NCBI GenBank assembly: GCA_029242945.1
Contig: JAQWSZ010000009.1
Coordinates: forward strand, 1-60,369
DNA from: Gammaproteobacteria bacterium
GTDB lineage: Bacteria; Pseudomonadota; Gammaproteobacteria; Steroidobacterales; UBA11654
Length of the DNA stretch: 60,369 nucleotides
Direction: 5' to 3'
The number at the start of each line of letters is the position of its first letter. The first letter of the stretch is position 1. Below are positions 49,165-58,923 of the stretch, piece by piece. Both the position numbers and the translations under genes were made by a program. The notes below the pieces were generated by a model, which was not told where the DNA came from, made no database searches, and saw only the letters and a program-made list of their open reading frames with translations.

Positions 49165-49245
49165 TCAAAAAAACCCGATAGCCCAACTAATACCTAAAAT
49201 AATAATAATCCATTTTAAAACCTTTTTTAATAGGAATTTAATCAT
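49165..49245 (-). pseudogene. 26-codon relic resembling the N-terminus of the serine hydrolase at 45311-46516
   Basis: MIKFLLKKVLKWIIIILGISWAIGFF* versus MIKLIFKKTFKWFGIILLVSIISGFI: 13 of 26 identical, ungapped. Confidence 0.55.
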
Positions 49246-49254
49246 AGAGTATTT

Positions 49255-50424
49255 TTAATTAATTCCTTTGCTGATTGTGTTTACCAAAAATGAGTCATCC
49301 CATTCCATTTGTATGTCCCCTGTTCTAACGATTACCAGTTTTTTGGATGGGATAATATATACTCTTTGGCCACCAAAGCCATCAAGATATATAACATCAT
49401 CATCGATAAAAGGCTCTTTATGTAAGGCAGTCGCCGTACTTTTTTTATTGTAAGCTCTTCTTTCTTGATGTTCTGTACCTAACCAAGTTAGATAACCATA
49501 GTTTGGGTTGAGTGAAGATGGTGTGATCATTTGATCTATCCATGTATCAGATACAATTTGTTGGTTATTAATTGTACCTTTATTAAGAATAAGTAAACCG
49601 ACTCTCAGCCAATCTCTTGCCGTTGCATTCAGACAGCAGAACATTCTAGGCATTTTTGTTAATTCAGAATCTAGGAATATATAAGCATCACTTTCTGCAA
49701 TTTTTTTCCATAAGTTTTGTGAGAGGTATTCTGCATATCGCAATCCAGTTGAACGCTCTAGGAGTAATCCAAGATTCTGAGGATTAACCCCATTATAAGC
49801 AAATTCATGATCAGGTCGCTGAATACTCATTTGATTAATTGTTGATAGTGTAATTTGATCACCAACCACTAATTGATTCCATTCGCTTAAAGGATGAAAG
49901 GAAAATGTAGGATAATCAATACCACTTACTTGTTGTAGCATTTGCCTGATAGTGATATTTTTTCGATCATCATTAGCCCACTCAGTAATATAATTGAAAG
50001 CAAAGTCATCAACATTTTTTATATGGCCTTGATCTATTGCTATACCAATAAGAATAGCTAGAACTGTTTTATGCATGGAGGCCGTGCTTGAATTATAATT
50101 TTTTGAATAACCCTCAAAATAATGTTCAAGTTGTAGGCTACCTTGATGAAAAATTAGCAAAGCATGTGAATTATTATCTTGAGAGAATTTTATGGCTTGG
50201 TCTATAGAATTTTGATTGATGGACTTTCTTTCTGAAAAATTTTTCAATGGTATACCAATACCGGACTCAATTGTTTCTGGTATACCTGGACTTTTACCAA
50301 TAATCACTCCACCCAATCTACTGATTACTAATGGGTTTTGTATATAAAGGTAGCTGATATAAAGAATCAGAGAAATTATCGCAAGCAATACTAATTTTAA
50401 AATGAATTTGAATAGTTTTTTCAT
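49255..50424 (-). CDS. serine hydrolase, beta-lactamase/PBP-like family
   Basis: N-terminal TM; SMHK (SxxK), FAYNG, YGYLTW, DGFGGQRVY.IP. Confidence 0.87.
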   Translation of the reverse strand: MKKLFKFILKLVLLAIISLILYISYLYIQNPLVISRLGGVIIGKSPGIPETIESGIGIPLKNFSERKSINQNSIDQAIKFSQDNNSHALLIFHQGSLQLEHYFEGYSKNYNSSTASMHKTVLAILIGIAIDQGHIKNVDDFAFNYITEWANDDRKNITIRQMLQQVSGIDYPTFSFHPLSEWNQLVVGDQITLSTINQMSIQRPDHEFAYNGVNPQNLGLLLERSTGLRYAEYLSQNLWKKIAESDAYIFLDSELTKMPRMFCCLNATARDWLRVGLLILNKGTINNQQIVSDTWIDQMITPSSLNPNYGYLTWLGTEHQERRAYNKKSTATALHKEPFIDDDVIYLDGFGGQRVYIIPSKKLVIVRTGDIQMEWDDSFLVNTISKGIN

Positions 50425-50507
50425 GATTCATATTAAATCATATCTTAGGATCTTAAGATATTGGGCTTGCTATAACTCTAGGCTATTTTATAAAGATCTT
50501 ATCTCTT

Positions 50508-51461
50508 TCATTGTTTGTCTAGCCAAGCATCGTCACTTTCCTCAGTAATGGCTGAGAATAATGGTGAGGATAAATATCTTTCACCTGTATCTGGTAGCAT
50601 TGCACAGATGGAACTATTTTTAGGTGCCTTTTCTGCAACCCTTAATGCACCATTCATTGTTGCTCCACCCGAGATACCACAAAATATACCTTCTTTTTTT
50701 GCAAGTTCTTGAGCTGTAGAAATCGATTCATCATCATCAACAGTAATTATTTCATCAATTATTTTTTCATTCAGTACACCAGGGATAAAATCTGGAGTCC
50801 AACCTTGTATTTTATGGGGTTGCCATTCTTTCCCAGAAAGGAGCGATGCCTTATCAGGTTCAATTGCAATGATATTGATATTAGGTCTAGCAATTTTTAA
50901 AACTTCACCCGTACCAGTAATTGTTCCACCCGTACCCCAACCACTAACAAAGTAGTCTAGGTCTTTGCCTGCAAAATCATTTAATATTTCAGGGGCTGTG
51001 GTATTCCTGTGATATGCAGGATTAGCTGGATTTTGGAATTGACTGGCTAGAAACCAACCATATTTATTTGCCAAATCTTCAGCTTTTTTGACCATGCCTG
51101 TTCCTCGCTCTGCTGCTGGCGTTAGGATTACTTTTGCACCTAGTGCTTTCATAATTTTTCTTCTTTCAATGGAAAAGGTTTCCACCATCGTCGCAACAAA
51201 AGGGTAGCCTTTTGCAGCACAAACCATTGCCAATGCTATCCCTGTATTTCCTGAAGTTGCTTCAACTACAGTCTGTCCTGGTTGTAATTTACCATTTTCT
51301 TCTGCATCTTCTATGATGGCTATTGCGAGTCTGTCCTTAACCGATGCTAGTGGGTTGAAAGCTTCACACTTGACAAAGATATTTTGATCTTGCGGCCCCA
51401 TTGAATTAATTTTTACAATCGGCGTACTTCCAATTGTTTCAAGAATATTGTTATAGATCAT
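50508..51461 (-). CDS. cysK: cysteine synthase A
   Basis: NP.ASVKDR (PLP Lys), EATSGNTG, GTGGT, PHKIQG, PDTGERYLS. Confidence 0.95.
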   Translation of the reverse strand: MIYNNILETIGSTPIVKINSMGPQDQNIFVKCEAFNPLASVKDRLAIAIIEDAEENGKLQPGQTVVEATSGNTGIALAMVCAAKGYPFVATMVETFSIERRKIMKALGAKVILTPAAERGTGMVKKAEDLANKYGWFLASQFQNPANPAYHRNTTAPEILNDFAGKDLDYFVSGWGTGGTITGTGEVLKIARPNINIIAIEPDKASLLSGKEWQPHKIQGWTPDFIPGVLNEKIIDEIITVDDDESISTAQELAKKEGIFCGISGGATMNGALRVAEKAPKNSSICAMLPDTGERYLSSPLFSAITEESDDAWLDKQ

Positions 51462-51542
51462 ATTATTTTTTAATGTAATTAATAGTTTTCATATATTTTA
51501 ATATTAATTTAATCCTCTCCTTACACTTTTTGGATCTAAATA

Positions 51543-51556
51543 TATAACCATTTATT
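51543..51556 (-). promoter_or_regulatory. 14-bp element shared with the cysB upstream region (candidate CysB site)
   Basis: TATAACCATTTATT on +, which is the exact reverse complement of 52755-52768. Confidence 0.4.
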
Positions 51557-51598
51557 TGGTCAATTAATTGATCTCTGTCGGATAATATTACCTTCATC

Positions 51599-52693
51599 AT
51601 GAAGAAAACATCAGTAAGGAACTATTTAATAGAAGAGGGGCTTCAATTAAAAAGTGGAGAGATTCTTATTTCTCCAAATATTGCCTATGAAACTTGGGGT
51701 AATTTAAATAAGGATTTTTCCAATGCAGTTTTAGTGACTACTGGCTTATCTCCTTCATCACATATTGCATCAAACGAACTCAATATTGAACAAGGTTGGT
51801 GGGAAAATATAATTGGACCAAATAAGGCTATTGATACAAATCGATTTTTCGTAATCTGTGCGAATTCATTAGGTAGTTGTTTTGGTTCCACTGGGCCTTC
51901 GAGCAAAAATCCTCAAACAAATCAGCCCTATCAATTGTTATTTCCTAGATTATCAATTGAAGATATTGCTTCTAGTTTAATAAGTCTCATAAAACATTTA
52001 GGTATTAATCAATTACAGACAATTGTTGGCCCTTCTATGGGAGGAATGACAGCATTGAGTATTGTCCAGCAAGCACCAGAAATCACTAAAGAAATGATAC
52101 TTATATCTACTTCAGCTTCATCAAGACCTTTTTCTATAGCCTTAAGATCATTACAAAGAAAGATGATTACCTCAGACCCAGCTTGGAAAAATGGCAACTA
52201 TGATCTTACTGATCTGCCTTTGGAAGGGATGCGGTTAGCTAGATTCCTAGGTATGGTCACTTATCGTTCACCTGAAGAATGGAATCAGAGATTTGGTAGA
52301 GATCTGATAGAGGATATTGATACAAATGCGAACCTATTTGATAACACATTTAAAGTAGAGAGTTACTTACATAATCGTTCAGATGATTTTATTAAACATT
52401 TTGATCCCAATTCATATTTATATCTTTCAAGAGCTATTGATTTATTTGATCTAATGAATGACAGTAATGCTTTGCCTAAAGAATTTAAGCATACTACTTT
52501 GAAGAAAATCAAAATTATTGGTGTTGATTCAGATTATATTTTTCCTTTTGAATGTCAAAATGAACTTCATAAGATGTTTTTATCATCTGGCATTCAAAGC
52601 GAATTAATACAACTACAATCAATACAAGGCCATGATTCATTTTTAGTTGATGATAAAAATTTTGGGAAAGCCATTTCTACTTTTCTCCGATAA
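51599..52693 (+). CDS. metX: MetX-family O-acyltransferase, probably serine O-succinyl/acetyltransferase
   Basis: AYETWG, TGLSP, GWW, N.LGSCFGSTGP, GPSMGG, GHDSFL; lies between cysK and cysB. Confidence 0.85.
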   Translation: MKKTSVRNYLIEEGLQLKSGEILISPNIAYETWGNLNKDFSNAVLVTTGLSPSSHIASNELNIEQGWWENIIGPNKAIDTNRFFVICANSLGSCFGSTGPSSKNPQTNQPYQLLFPRLSIEDIASSLISLIKHLGINQLQTIVGPSMGGMTALSIVQQAPEITKEMILISTSASSRPFSIALRSLQRKMITSDPAWKNGNYDLTDLPLEGMRLARFLGMVTYRSPEEWNQRFGRDLIEDIDTNANLFDNTFKVESYLHNRSDDFIKHFDPNSYLYLSRAIDLFDLMNDSNALPKEFKHTTLKKIKIIGVDSDYIFPFECQNELHKMFLSSGIQSELIQLQSIQGHDSFLVDDKNFGKAISTFLR

Positions 52694-52754
52694 AAAACTA
52701 TTTTATTCATATAGCAAAAAATTATATATAGATTGAAATAACACCATATTATAT

Positions 52755-52768
52755 AATAAATGGTTATA
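52755..52768 (+). promoter_or_regulatory. 14-bp element upstream of cysB (candidate autoregulatory site overlapping a TATAAT)
   Basis: AATAAATGGTTATA, identical to the element upstream of cysK in the same transcriptional orientation. Confidence 0.4.
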
Positions 52769-52797
52769 ATTATTTTTCTATAATAATGGAGTCAAGA

Positions 52798-53799
52798 ATG
52801 ACCCTTACACAGCTAAAATATTTAGTCTCTGTGATGGAGAATAAGCTTAATATAAGCCTTGCTGCTGAAAGCTCCAACACCAGCCAACCTGGAATTAGCA
52901 AACAAATTAAGTTGCTAGAAGAAGAGTTAGGTGCACATATTTTTGTACGAAAAGGTAAAAAATTGACAAGCATTACTCCGTTTGGTGAGGAAGTAGCATA
53001 TTATGCTAAAAAAATTCTACAAGATGTTGACAATATTGGCCTTCTGAGCGATCAAATTTCATCAATAGATGAGGGGATTTTAACCATTGCTACGACTAAT
53101 GCACAAGCACGTTACATTCTTCCAGAAATAATCCAAACCTTTAAGAAAGACTACCCAAAAGTAAAATTAGAACTTAAATTAGGGTCTTCAATCCAAATCA
53201 AGGAAATGATTTTAAATAATGAAGTTGACTTAGCAATAGCAACTGATTTGGACGATCGTAATAATGAAGTTATTATGCTACCTGCTTATGATTGGTTTAA
53301 TGCAATTATTGCACCGCTTGATCACCCCATTAAAAAAGATTTAAAAAAATTAACAATTCAAAGACTTGCCAAAGAGCCACTTGTGACTTATGCCTTTAGT
53401 GTTGGAGCTGACACTTCATTTACTGAAACATTTAATAAAAATAATTTAGAAGCAAATATTGTTTTTGCAGCTAGAGATGCAGATATTATAAAAACTTATG
53501 TCAAGATGGGGATGGGAGTTGGTGTTATTTCTGGTATGGCTTATGAGTGTGATGACCATGAAAATTTCTTAGCAGTCAGTGGTGAAAATATTTTCCCTAA
53601 GCACACTACTTATTTTGGTTATAGAAGAGGCATGTTACTGAGTAAATACTCGATCAGCTTTATTAACTTATTAGCTGAACATTTAACACCAAGGAAGATT
53701 CATAAAGCATCAGAATCTAAATCACAAGAAGATATTAATATGTTATTTAATGATATCGATTTGCCTGTTATGGGTGGATGCGATCAAATTAAACTTTAA
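52798..53799 (+). CDS. cysB: LysR-family cys regulon regulator
   Basis: MTLTQL.Y, TSQPGISKQIKLLEEELG..IF.R.GK.L, IATT..QARY.LP, DADIIKTYV..G.GVG; GGAG RBS. Confidence 0.9.
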   Translation: MTLTQLKYLVSVMENKLNISLAAESSNTSQPGISKQIKLLEEELGAHIFVRKGKKLTSITPFGEEVAYYAKKILQDVDNIGLLSDQISSIDEGILTIATTNAQARYILPEIIQTFKKDYPKVKLELKLGSSIQIKEMILNNEVDLAIATDLDDRNNEVIMLPAYDWFNAIIAPLDHPIKKDLKKLTIQRLAKEPLVTYAFSVGADTSFTETFNKNNLEANIVFAARDADIIKTYVKMGMGVGVISGMAYECDDHENFLAVSGENIFPKHTTYFGYRRGMLLSKYSISFINLLAEHLTPRKIHKASESKSQEDINMLFNDIDLPVMGGCDQIKL

Positions 53800-53814
53800 T
53801 TATTAACAATTATT

Positions 53815-54702
53815 GTGACTAAAAATAAAGATATATACACCGCTATTGCTTGTATGCTTTCTGCTGTTTTTTTAATGGTAACTTTAGATGTCATAGCAAA
53901 ATATTTGCTCGTTAAATATTCTGTCGTTCAGATGACATTTCTTAGAGGTTTTTTCTCACTAATAATCTTAGGCTCGATAGGTGTTTTAAAGGATGGTAGA
54001 AGTATTTTTAGAACTGAAATACCTGAATGGCATTTTGCAAGAACAGTATTAATGATCGTATCGACATTTACTTTTTTTGCAGCTTTGAAGTTGTTGCCAT
54101 TAGTGAATGTAATGGTCATAGTTTTTATTGCTCCAATAGTTGTAGCGGCACTTTCTGGACCTCTATTAGGAGAAAAGGTAGGCCCTTGGAGATGGTCTGC
54201 TGTTATGATCGGTTTTATAGGTGTTTTAGTCATATTACAGCCCAGTTCAGAATTTAGTTTAATAGGTACAATTTATGCTCTTATTGGAGTTATAACCTAT
54301 GCTTTACTTTCGTTGTCTTCAAGAAAATTATCTGAACAAGAATCTGCTTTTAATTTGAGTTTTTATGTATTTATTGGTCCCACAATCTTGGGTGCTATCA
54401 GTAGCTACTTTTATTGGATTCCTCCCAATCAATTTGATTGGTTATTATTTCTGCTTAGCGGATTAGTAGGAGGATTTGCCTTTATCTGTTTTAACTTAGC
54501 TTTTCAAAAAGCCGAAGCTTCCTTGCTGACAACTTTTGAATACACAGGATTAGTTTGGGCTTCATTGGCTGGATACTATATCTTTAGTGAGGTGGTTGAT
54601 TCAAAAATATGGCTTGGAGCTCTGATCATAATTTTAGGGGGTGTAATTATTGTATATCGTGAGTCTATAGCACTAAAATCAAGTGAGAAATCTGAATCCT
54701 AA
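53815..54702 (+). CDS. DMT/EamA family transporter
   Basis: About 10 TMs, LGEKVG.WRW.AV.IGF.GV..IL.P, FEYTGL.W. Confidence 0.88.
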   Translation: MTKNKDIYTAIACMLSAVFLMVTLDVIAKYLLVKYSVVQMTFLRGFFSLIILGSIGVLKDGRSIFRTEIPEWHFARTVLMIVSTFTFFAALKLLPLVNVMVIVFIAPIVVAALSGPLLGEKVGPWRWSAVMIGFIGVLVILQPSSEFSLIGTIYALIGVITYALLSLSSRKLSEQESAFNLSFYVFIGPTILGAISSYFYWIPPNQFDWLLFLLSGLVGGFAFICFNLAFQKAEASLLTTFEYTGLVWASLAGYYIFSEVVDSKIWLGALIIILGGVIIVYRESIALKSSEKSES

Positions 54703-54770
54703 AAGGATATAATTTTATTTACAACATCAATATCTCATTTTCAATTAAAACAGTTTAGGACATTAATATA

Positions 54771-55790
54771 ATGAATGATAAAAATAAAACTAAAGCTTTA
54801 GATGCAGCACTCAGTCAAATAGAGAAACAGTTTGGTAAAGGTTCTTTAATGAAGCTTGGCGATGATAGTGTTGATAGAGGTATAGAAGCTATTTCAACAG
54901 GCTCAATTGGCTTGGATTCAGCATTAGGTATCGGCGGTGTTCCTAAAGGAAGAGTAGTAGAGATATATGGTCCTGAATCTTCAGGTAAAACTACATTAAC
55001 ATTGCAAGTGGTAGCAGAATGTCAGAAAGCTGGAGGCACTGCAGCCTTTATAGATGCTGAACATGCATTGGATCCAATTTATGCAGAAAAAATTGGAGTA
55101 AATACAGATGAATTCTTGGTATCTCAGCCTGATACTGGCGAGCAAGCCTTAGAAATTACAGATATGTTAGTGAACTCAGGTGCTGTCGATTTGATCGTAA
55201 TTGACTCTGTGGCTGCTCTAACTCCTAGAGCTGAGATAGAGGGCGATATGGGTGATTCACACGTGGGCCTGCAAGCAAGACTGATGTCACAAGCATTGAG
55301 AAAATTAACTGCAGGAATTAAAAAATCTAATACAACTGTTATATTTATTAATCAAATTCGTATGAAAATAGGAGTTATGTTTGGTAGTCCCGAGACTACA
55401 TCGGGAGGTAATGCCCTGAAATTCTATTCTTCAGTAAGATTGGATATTAGACGAATAGGCGCTATTAAAAAAGGTGACGAAATAGTTGGCAATCAAACAA
55501 GAGTCAAAGTTGTAAAGAATAAAGTTTCTCCACCATTTAGAATGGCTGAGTTCGAAATCATATATGGCCATGGCATATCGACTGAAGGTGAGATTATTGA
55601 TATTGGAGTTGAGCATGAATTAATTGAGAAAGCCGGTTCTTGGTATAGTTATAATGGCGATCGAATTGGTCAAGGAAAAGAAAATGTTAGAGAGTATTTA
55701 CTGCAAAATAAGGAAATAGCAGAAGAAATTAATACTAAGATTAGATCCATACTTATGCCTTCTAATAAAGAAGCCAAAGAGGATGAATAG
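54771..55790 (+). CDS. recA: recombinase A
   Basis: [33 protein letters not shown]. Confidence 0.99.
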   Translation: MNDKNKTKALDAALSQIEKQFGKGSLMKLGDDSVDRGIEAISTGSIGLDSALGIGGVPKGRVVEIYGPESSGKTTLTLQVVAECQKAGGTAAFIDAEHALDPIYAEKIGVNTDEFLVSQPDTGEQALEITDMLVNSGAVDLIVIDSVAALTPRAEIEGDMGDSHVGLQARLMSQALRKLTAGIKKSNTTVIFINQIRMKIGVMFGSPETTSGGNALKFYSSVRLDIRRIGAIKKGDEIVGNQTRVKVVKNKVSPPFRMAEFEIIYGHGISTEGEIIDIGVEHELIEKAGSWYSYNGDRIGQGKENVREYLLQNKEIAEEINTKIRSILMPSNKEAKEDE

Positions 55791-55805
55791 TTTTATGCAT
55801 CCCAT

Positions 55806-56291
55806 TTGGTTTTGACTGAGAAGACTTCAGAAAATCTACTGATACGTAAAAAAGCTATGGATTACTTATCCAGGCGAGAGCACAGTTATCAGGAATTGAA
55901 TATTAAATTATTAAAAAAAAGTTTTAACCCATCTATAGTTGATATTGAGCTTGAGAAATTAATTAAGGATGGGCTTCTTAGTGATAAACGTTTTACTGAA
56001 TCATTCATTCGTTCTAGAAAAAACCAAGGAAAAGGGCCATTAAGAATAAGATCGGAATTATCAATTAAAGGAGTTAAATCACAGCTAATTGAAGATGAAC
56101 TTGAGGAAGTGAAAGAGCAAGAATGGACTCAACTTGCTGTTGAAGCACTTAAGAAAAAGCTGGGTAATAATAGTGAACTTGATTATCATAAACAACTGAA
56201 GTTAATGAGGTTTTTAAGCACTAGAGGATTTAGTAAGCAACAAGTAAAATCAGCAATAAGTCATTGTTTAAACAACCTATCATCTGATTGA
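55806..56291 (+). CDS. recX: regulatory protein RecX
   Basis: LSRREHS..EL, D.RF.E, G.GP.RI..EL..KG, RFL..RGF; follows recA. Confidence 0.92.
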   Translation: MVLTEKTSENLLIRKKAMDYLSRREHSYQELNIKLLKKSFNPSIVDIELEKLIKDGLLSDKRFTESFIRSRKNQGKGPLRIRSELSIKGVKSQLIEDELEEVKEQEWTQLAVEALKKKLGNNSELDYHKQLKLMRFLSTRGFSKQQVKSAISHCLNNLSSD

Positions 56292-56293
56292 TT

Positions 56294-58885
56294 ATGAAAA
56301 CAAAAGAGATAAGGACATTATTTTTAGAATATTTTGAGTCTAAGGGCCATCAAAGAGTAGAGAGCTCATCATTGGTCCCAGCCAATGATCCCACATTGCT
56401 ATTTACAAATGCAGGAATGGTTCAATTTAAGGATCTTTTCTTAGGTCAAGAAAGAAGAGATTATCTTAAAGCAGTCAGCTCCCAAAGATGTGTTAGGGCT
56501 GGAGGTAAGCATAATGATTTAGATAATGTTGGTTATACTGCTAGGCATCATACTTTTTTCGAAATGTTGGGTAATTTTAGTTTTGGAGATTATTTTAAAG
56601 AAGAAGCCATTTGTTATGCTTGGGAATTTATCACAGAAGTATTGAAAATAAATCCTGAGAAGCTTTGGATTACTGTTTACGAGGAAGATCAAGAGGCAGC
56701 GAGTATTTGGCTGGAGAAAATAAATATTCATGAGAAGCGATTGATTAAGTTGGGCAAGGACTCTAATTTTTGGTCGATGGGAGATACTGGTCCTTGTGGT
56801 CCATGTACTGAGATATTTTATGATCATGGAGATGGCATTGAAGGCGGACCTCCAGGCTCACACAATGAGGATGGCGATCGCTTTGTTGAGATATGGAATT
56901 TAGTTTTTATGCAATTTGAAAGAGCGGTTGATGGAACCATGAATAAGCTGCCTAAACCTTCAGTTGATACTGGCATGGGTCTTGAAAGAATTGCAGCTGT
57001 TATGCAGGGTGTTGAAAGTAATTATGATATTGATATTTTTAAAAATCTCATTGCACGTATTAAGGAAGTTGTTGGTTCAAGTGGGAGTGAAAATCACTAC
57101 AGAGTTATCGCTGATCATATAAGGTCTAGCGTTTTTCTCATTATGGATGGAGTTAGCCCTGGCAATGAAGGCAAAGGTTATGTTTTAAGAAGAATTATCA
57201 GAAGAGCTTTGCGTCATGGTCACGAAGTTGGAGCAGAAATACCTTTTTTTCATCGGATTGTAGAACCCTTGATTGAAGAAATGGAAACAGTTTTCCCAGA
57301 TTTAAGAAAAAAAGAAGAATACATAAAACGTATTATCTTGATGGAGGAAGAAAGATTCTCATCCACATTGTCGCAAGGAATGAAGCTGTTAAATCAAGAA
57401 ATTGAATCCAATCAAGGAAAGGTTCTTTCAGGTAGTTTTGTATTTAAGCTCTATGATACATATGGTTTTCCAATCGATTTAACAAAAGATATCGTTAAAA
57501 ATATTGGATTGGATATTGATCAAGAAGGGTTTGATGAGGCCATGGCGAAACAGAAGTCTATGGCTCGAAAAGCCAATCAATTCAGTCAAGAAGAAAATAT
57601 TCAACTTAATCATCAGTTGCAAACATTGTTTCTTGGCTATGAACAAATGGAAAATCATTCCAAGGTTATAGGAATATTTAAGGATAGAGCATTTGATGTA
57701 ATCAATGAAGGTGAAATGGGGCAAATTATTTTGGAAGAAACCGCTTTTTATGCAGAGAGTGGAGGGCAAATAGGCGATGTGGGTAGTATAGTTTCAAAAA
57801 ATGGTATTTTTGATGTCATTGATACTCAGCATTCAGGAAATGCACAAGTTCATATTGGTTCTGTATCAACAGGTTCAATTAGTCTAGGCGATGAAGTTAA
57901 AGTAAGTATTAATCCTATTAAAAGAAGTTCTATTACTAGTAATCATACTGGCACACATTTATTGCATGCTGCTTTAATGAATATTTTAGGAGATCATGTT
58001 ACGCAAAGAGGTTCTTTGGTTGACGATATGAAAATTCGTTTTGATTTCTCTCATGATCAAGCAGTGAGCAGTGAGCAAATTAGAGAAATAGAAGCAATTG
58101 TGAATTCTAAAATAGAAGAGAATATTGAAGTTGAAACAAGTATCATGAAACATGATGAAGCTATAGATTCAGGTGCTATGGCTTTATTTGGAGAAAAATA
58201 TGGTGATGATGTTAGAGTGCTTGAGGTTGGTAAATTTTCAAAAGAGCTTTGTGGTGGAACGCATGTCAAAAACACTAATGAGATATCTTTGTTTAAAGTT
58301 GTTTCCGAATCAAGTGTTTCATCTGGTACCAGAAGAATTGAAGCAATTACTGGAGATCAAGCATTGAAATGGGCTGAAGAAACTGAGCATTTAGTAGAGC
58401 AATTAACAGATCTTCTAAAAATTAGAAGAGAGGATGTTGCTGAAAAAGTCACAACTTTGGTTGAGACGAATCGAAAAATGAGTCAAGAAATTAAGGATTT
58501 AAAAGCAAGGGTTGCTGGATCTCAAGATAATGATAATTCTGTAAAACCAGAAATCATTAATGGCATATCTTTAATCATAAAAGCACTCGATGATGATACA
58601 GAAGCTGGAATCATGAGAACCGCTATAGATCAAATGAAAAATAATCTTGGTTCTGGAGTGATCGTTTTATCAAGCCTAAGCTCAAAAGGAAAAATCAGAT
58701 TAGCTATAGGAGTAACTCAAGATTTAAAAGAGAAAATACCTGCTAATGAATTGGCTAAAGAAATGTCAGAAGCACTAGGCGGCAAGGGCGGTGGCAGATC
58801 TGATTTTGCGAATGCAGGTGGCACTAACCCTGATAATATAGAGCAAGCAATTTCTATTCTTAAAGAGCGTTTAACTAGTATCTAG
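56294..58885 (+). CDS. alaS: alanine--tRNA ligase
   Basis: DPTLLFTNAGM, HHTFFEMLGNFSFGDYFK, DTGMGLER, HTGTHLLH, ELCGGTH, GGKGGG. Confidence 0.98.
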   Translation: MKTKEIRTLFLEYFESKGHQRVESSSLVPANDPTLLFTNAGMVQFKDLFLGQERRDYLKAVSSQRCVRAGGKHNDLDNVGYTARHHTFFEMLGNFSFGDYFKEEAICYAWEFITEVLKINPEKLWITVYEEDQEAASIWLEKINIHEKRLIKLGKDSNFWSMGDTGPCGPCTEIFYDHGDGIEGGPPGSHNEDGDRFVEIWNLVFMQFERAVDGTMNKLPKPSVDTGMGLERIAAVMQGVESNYDIDIFKNLIARIKEVVGSSGSENHYRVIADHIRSSVFLIMDGVSPGNEGKGYVLRRIIRRALRHGHEVGAEIPFFHRIVEPLIEEMETVFPDLRKKEEYIKRIILMEEERFSSTLSQGMKLLNQEIESNQGKVLSGSFVFKLYDTYGFPIDLTKDIVKNIGLDIDQEGFDEAMAKQKSMARKANQFSQEENIQLNHQLQTLFLGYEQMENHSKVIGIFKDRAFDVINEGEMGQIILEETAFYAESGGQIGDVGSIVSKNGIFDVIDTQHSGNAQVHIGSVSTGSISLGDEVKVSINPIKRSSITSNHTGTHLLHAALMNILGDHVTQRGSLVDDMKIRFDFSHDQAVSSEQIREIEAIVNSKIEENIEVETSIMKHDEAIDSGAMALFGEKYGDDVRVLEVGKFSKELCGGTHVKNTNEISLFKVVSESSVSSGTRRIEAITGDQALKWAEETEHLVEQLTDLLKIRREDVAEKVTTLVETNRKMSQEIKDLKARVAGSQDNDNSVKPEIINGISLIIKALDDDTEAGIMRTAIDQMKNNLGSGVIVLSSLSSKGKIRLAIGVTQDLKEKIPANELAKEMSEALGGKGGGRSDFANAGGTNPDNIEQAISILKERLTSI

Positions 58886-58923
58886 AAATCTCATTCCCCG
58901 TCTCTGACGAATAAATATTTTAT

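Noticed and set aside
45311-50424. True beta-lactamases
   Set aside because: They have SxxK but lack the KTG triad; more consistent with esterase/amidase members of the fold.
54703-54770. LexA box upstream of recA
   Set aside because: Only an ACAG half-site; no CTG-N10-CAG match.
58886-58923. csrA, aspartokinase or tRNA often found after alaS
   Set aside because: Only 38 bp before the SDR gene; none is present.
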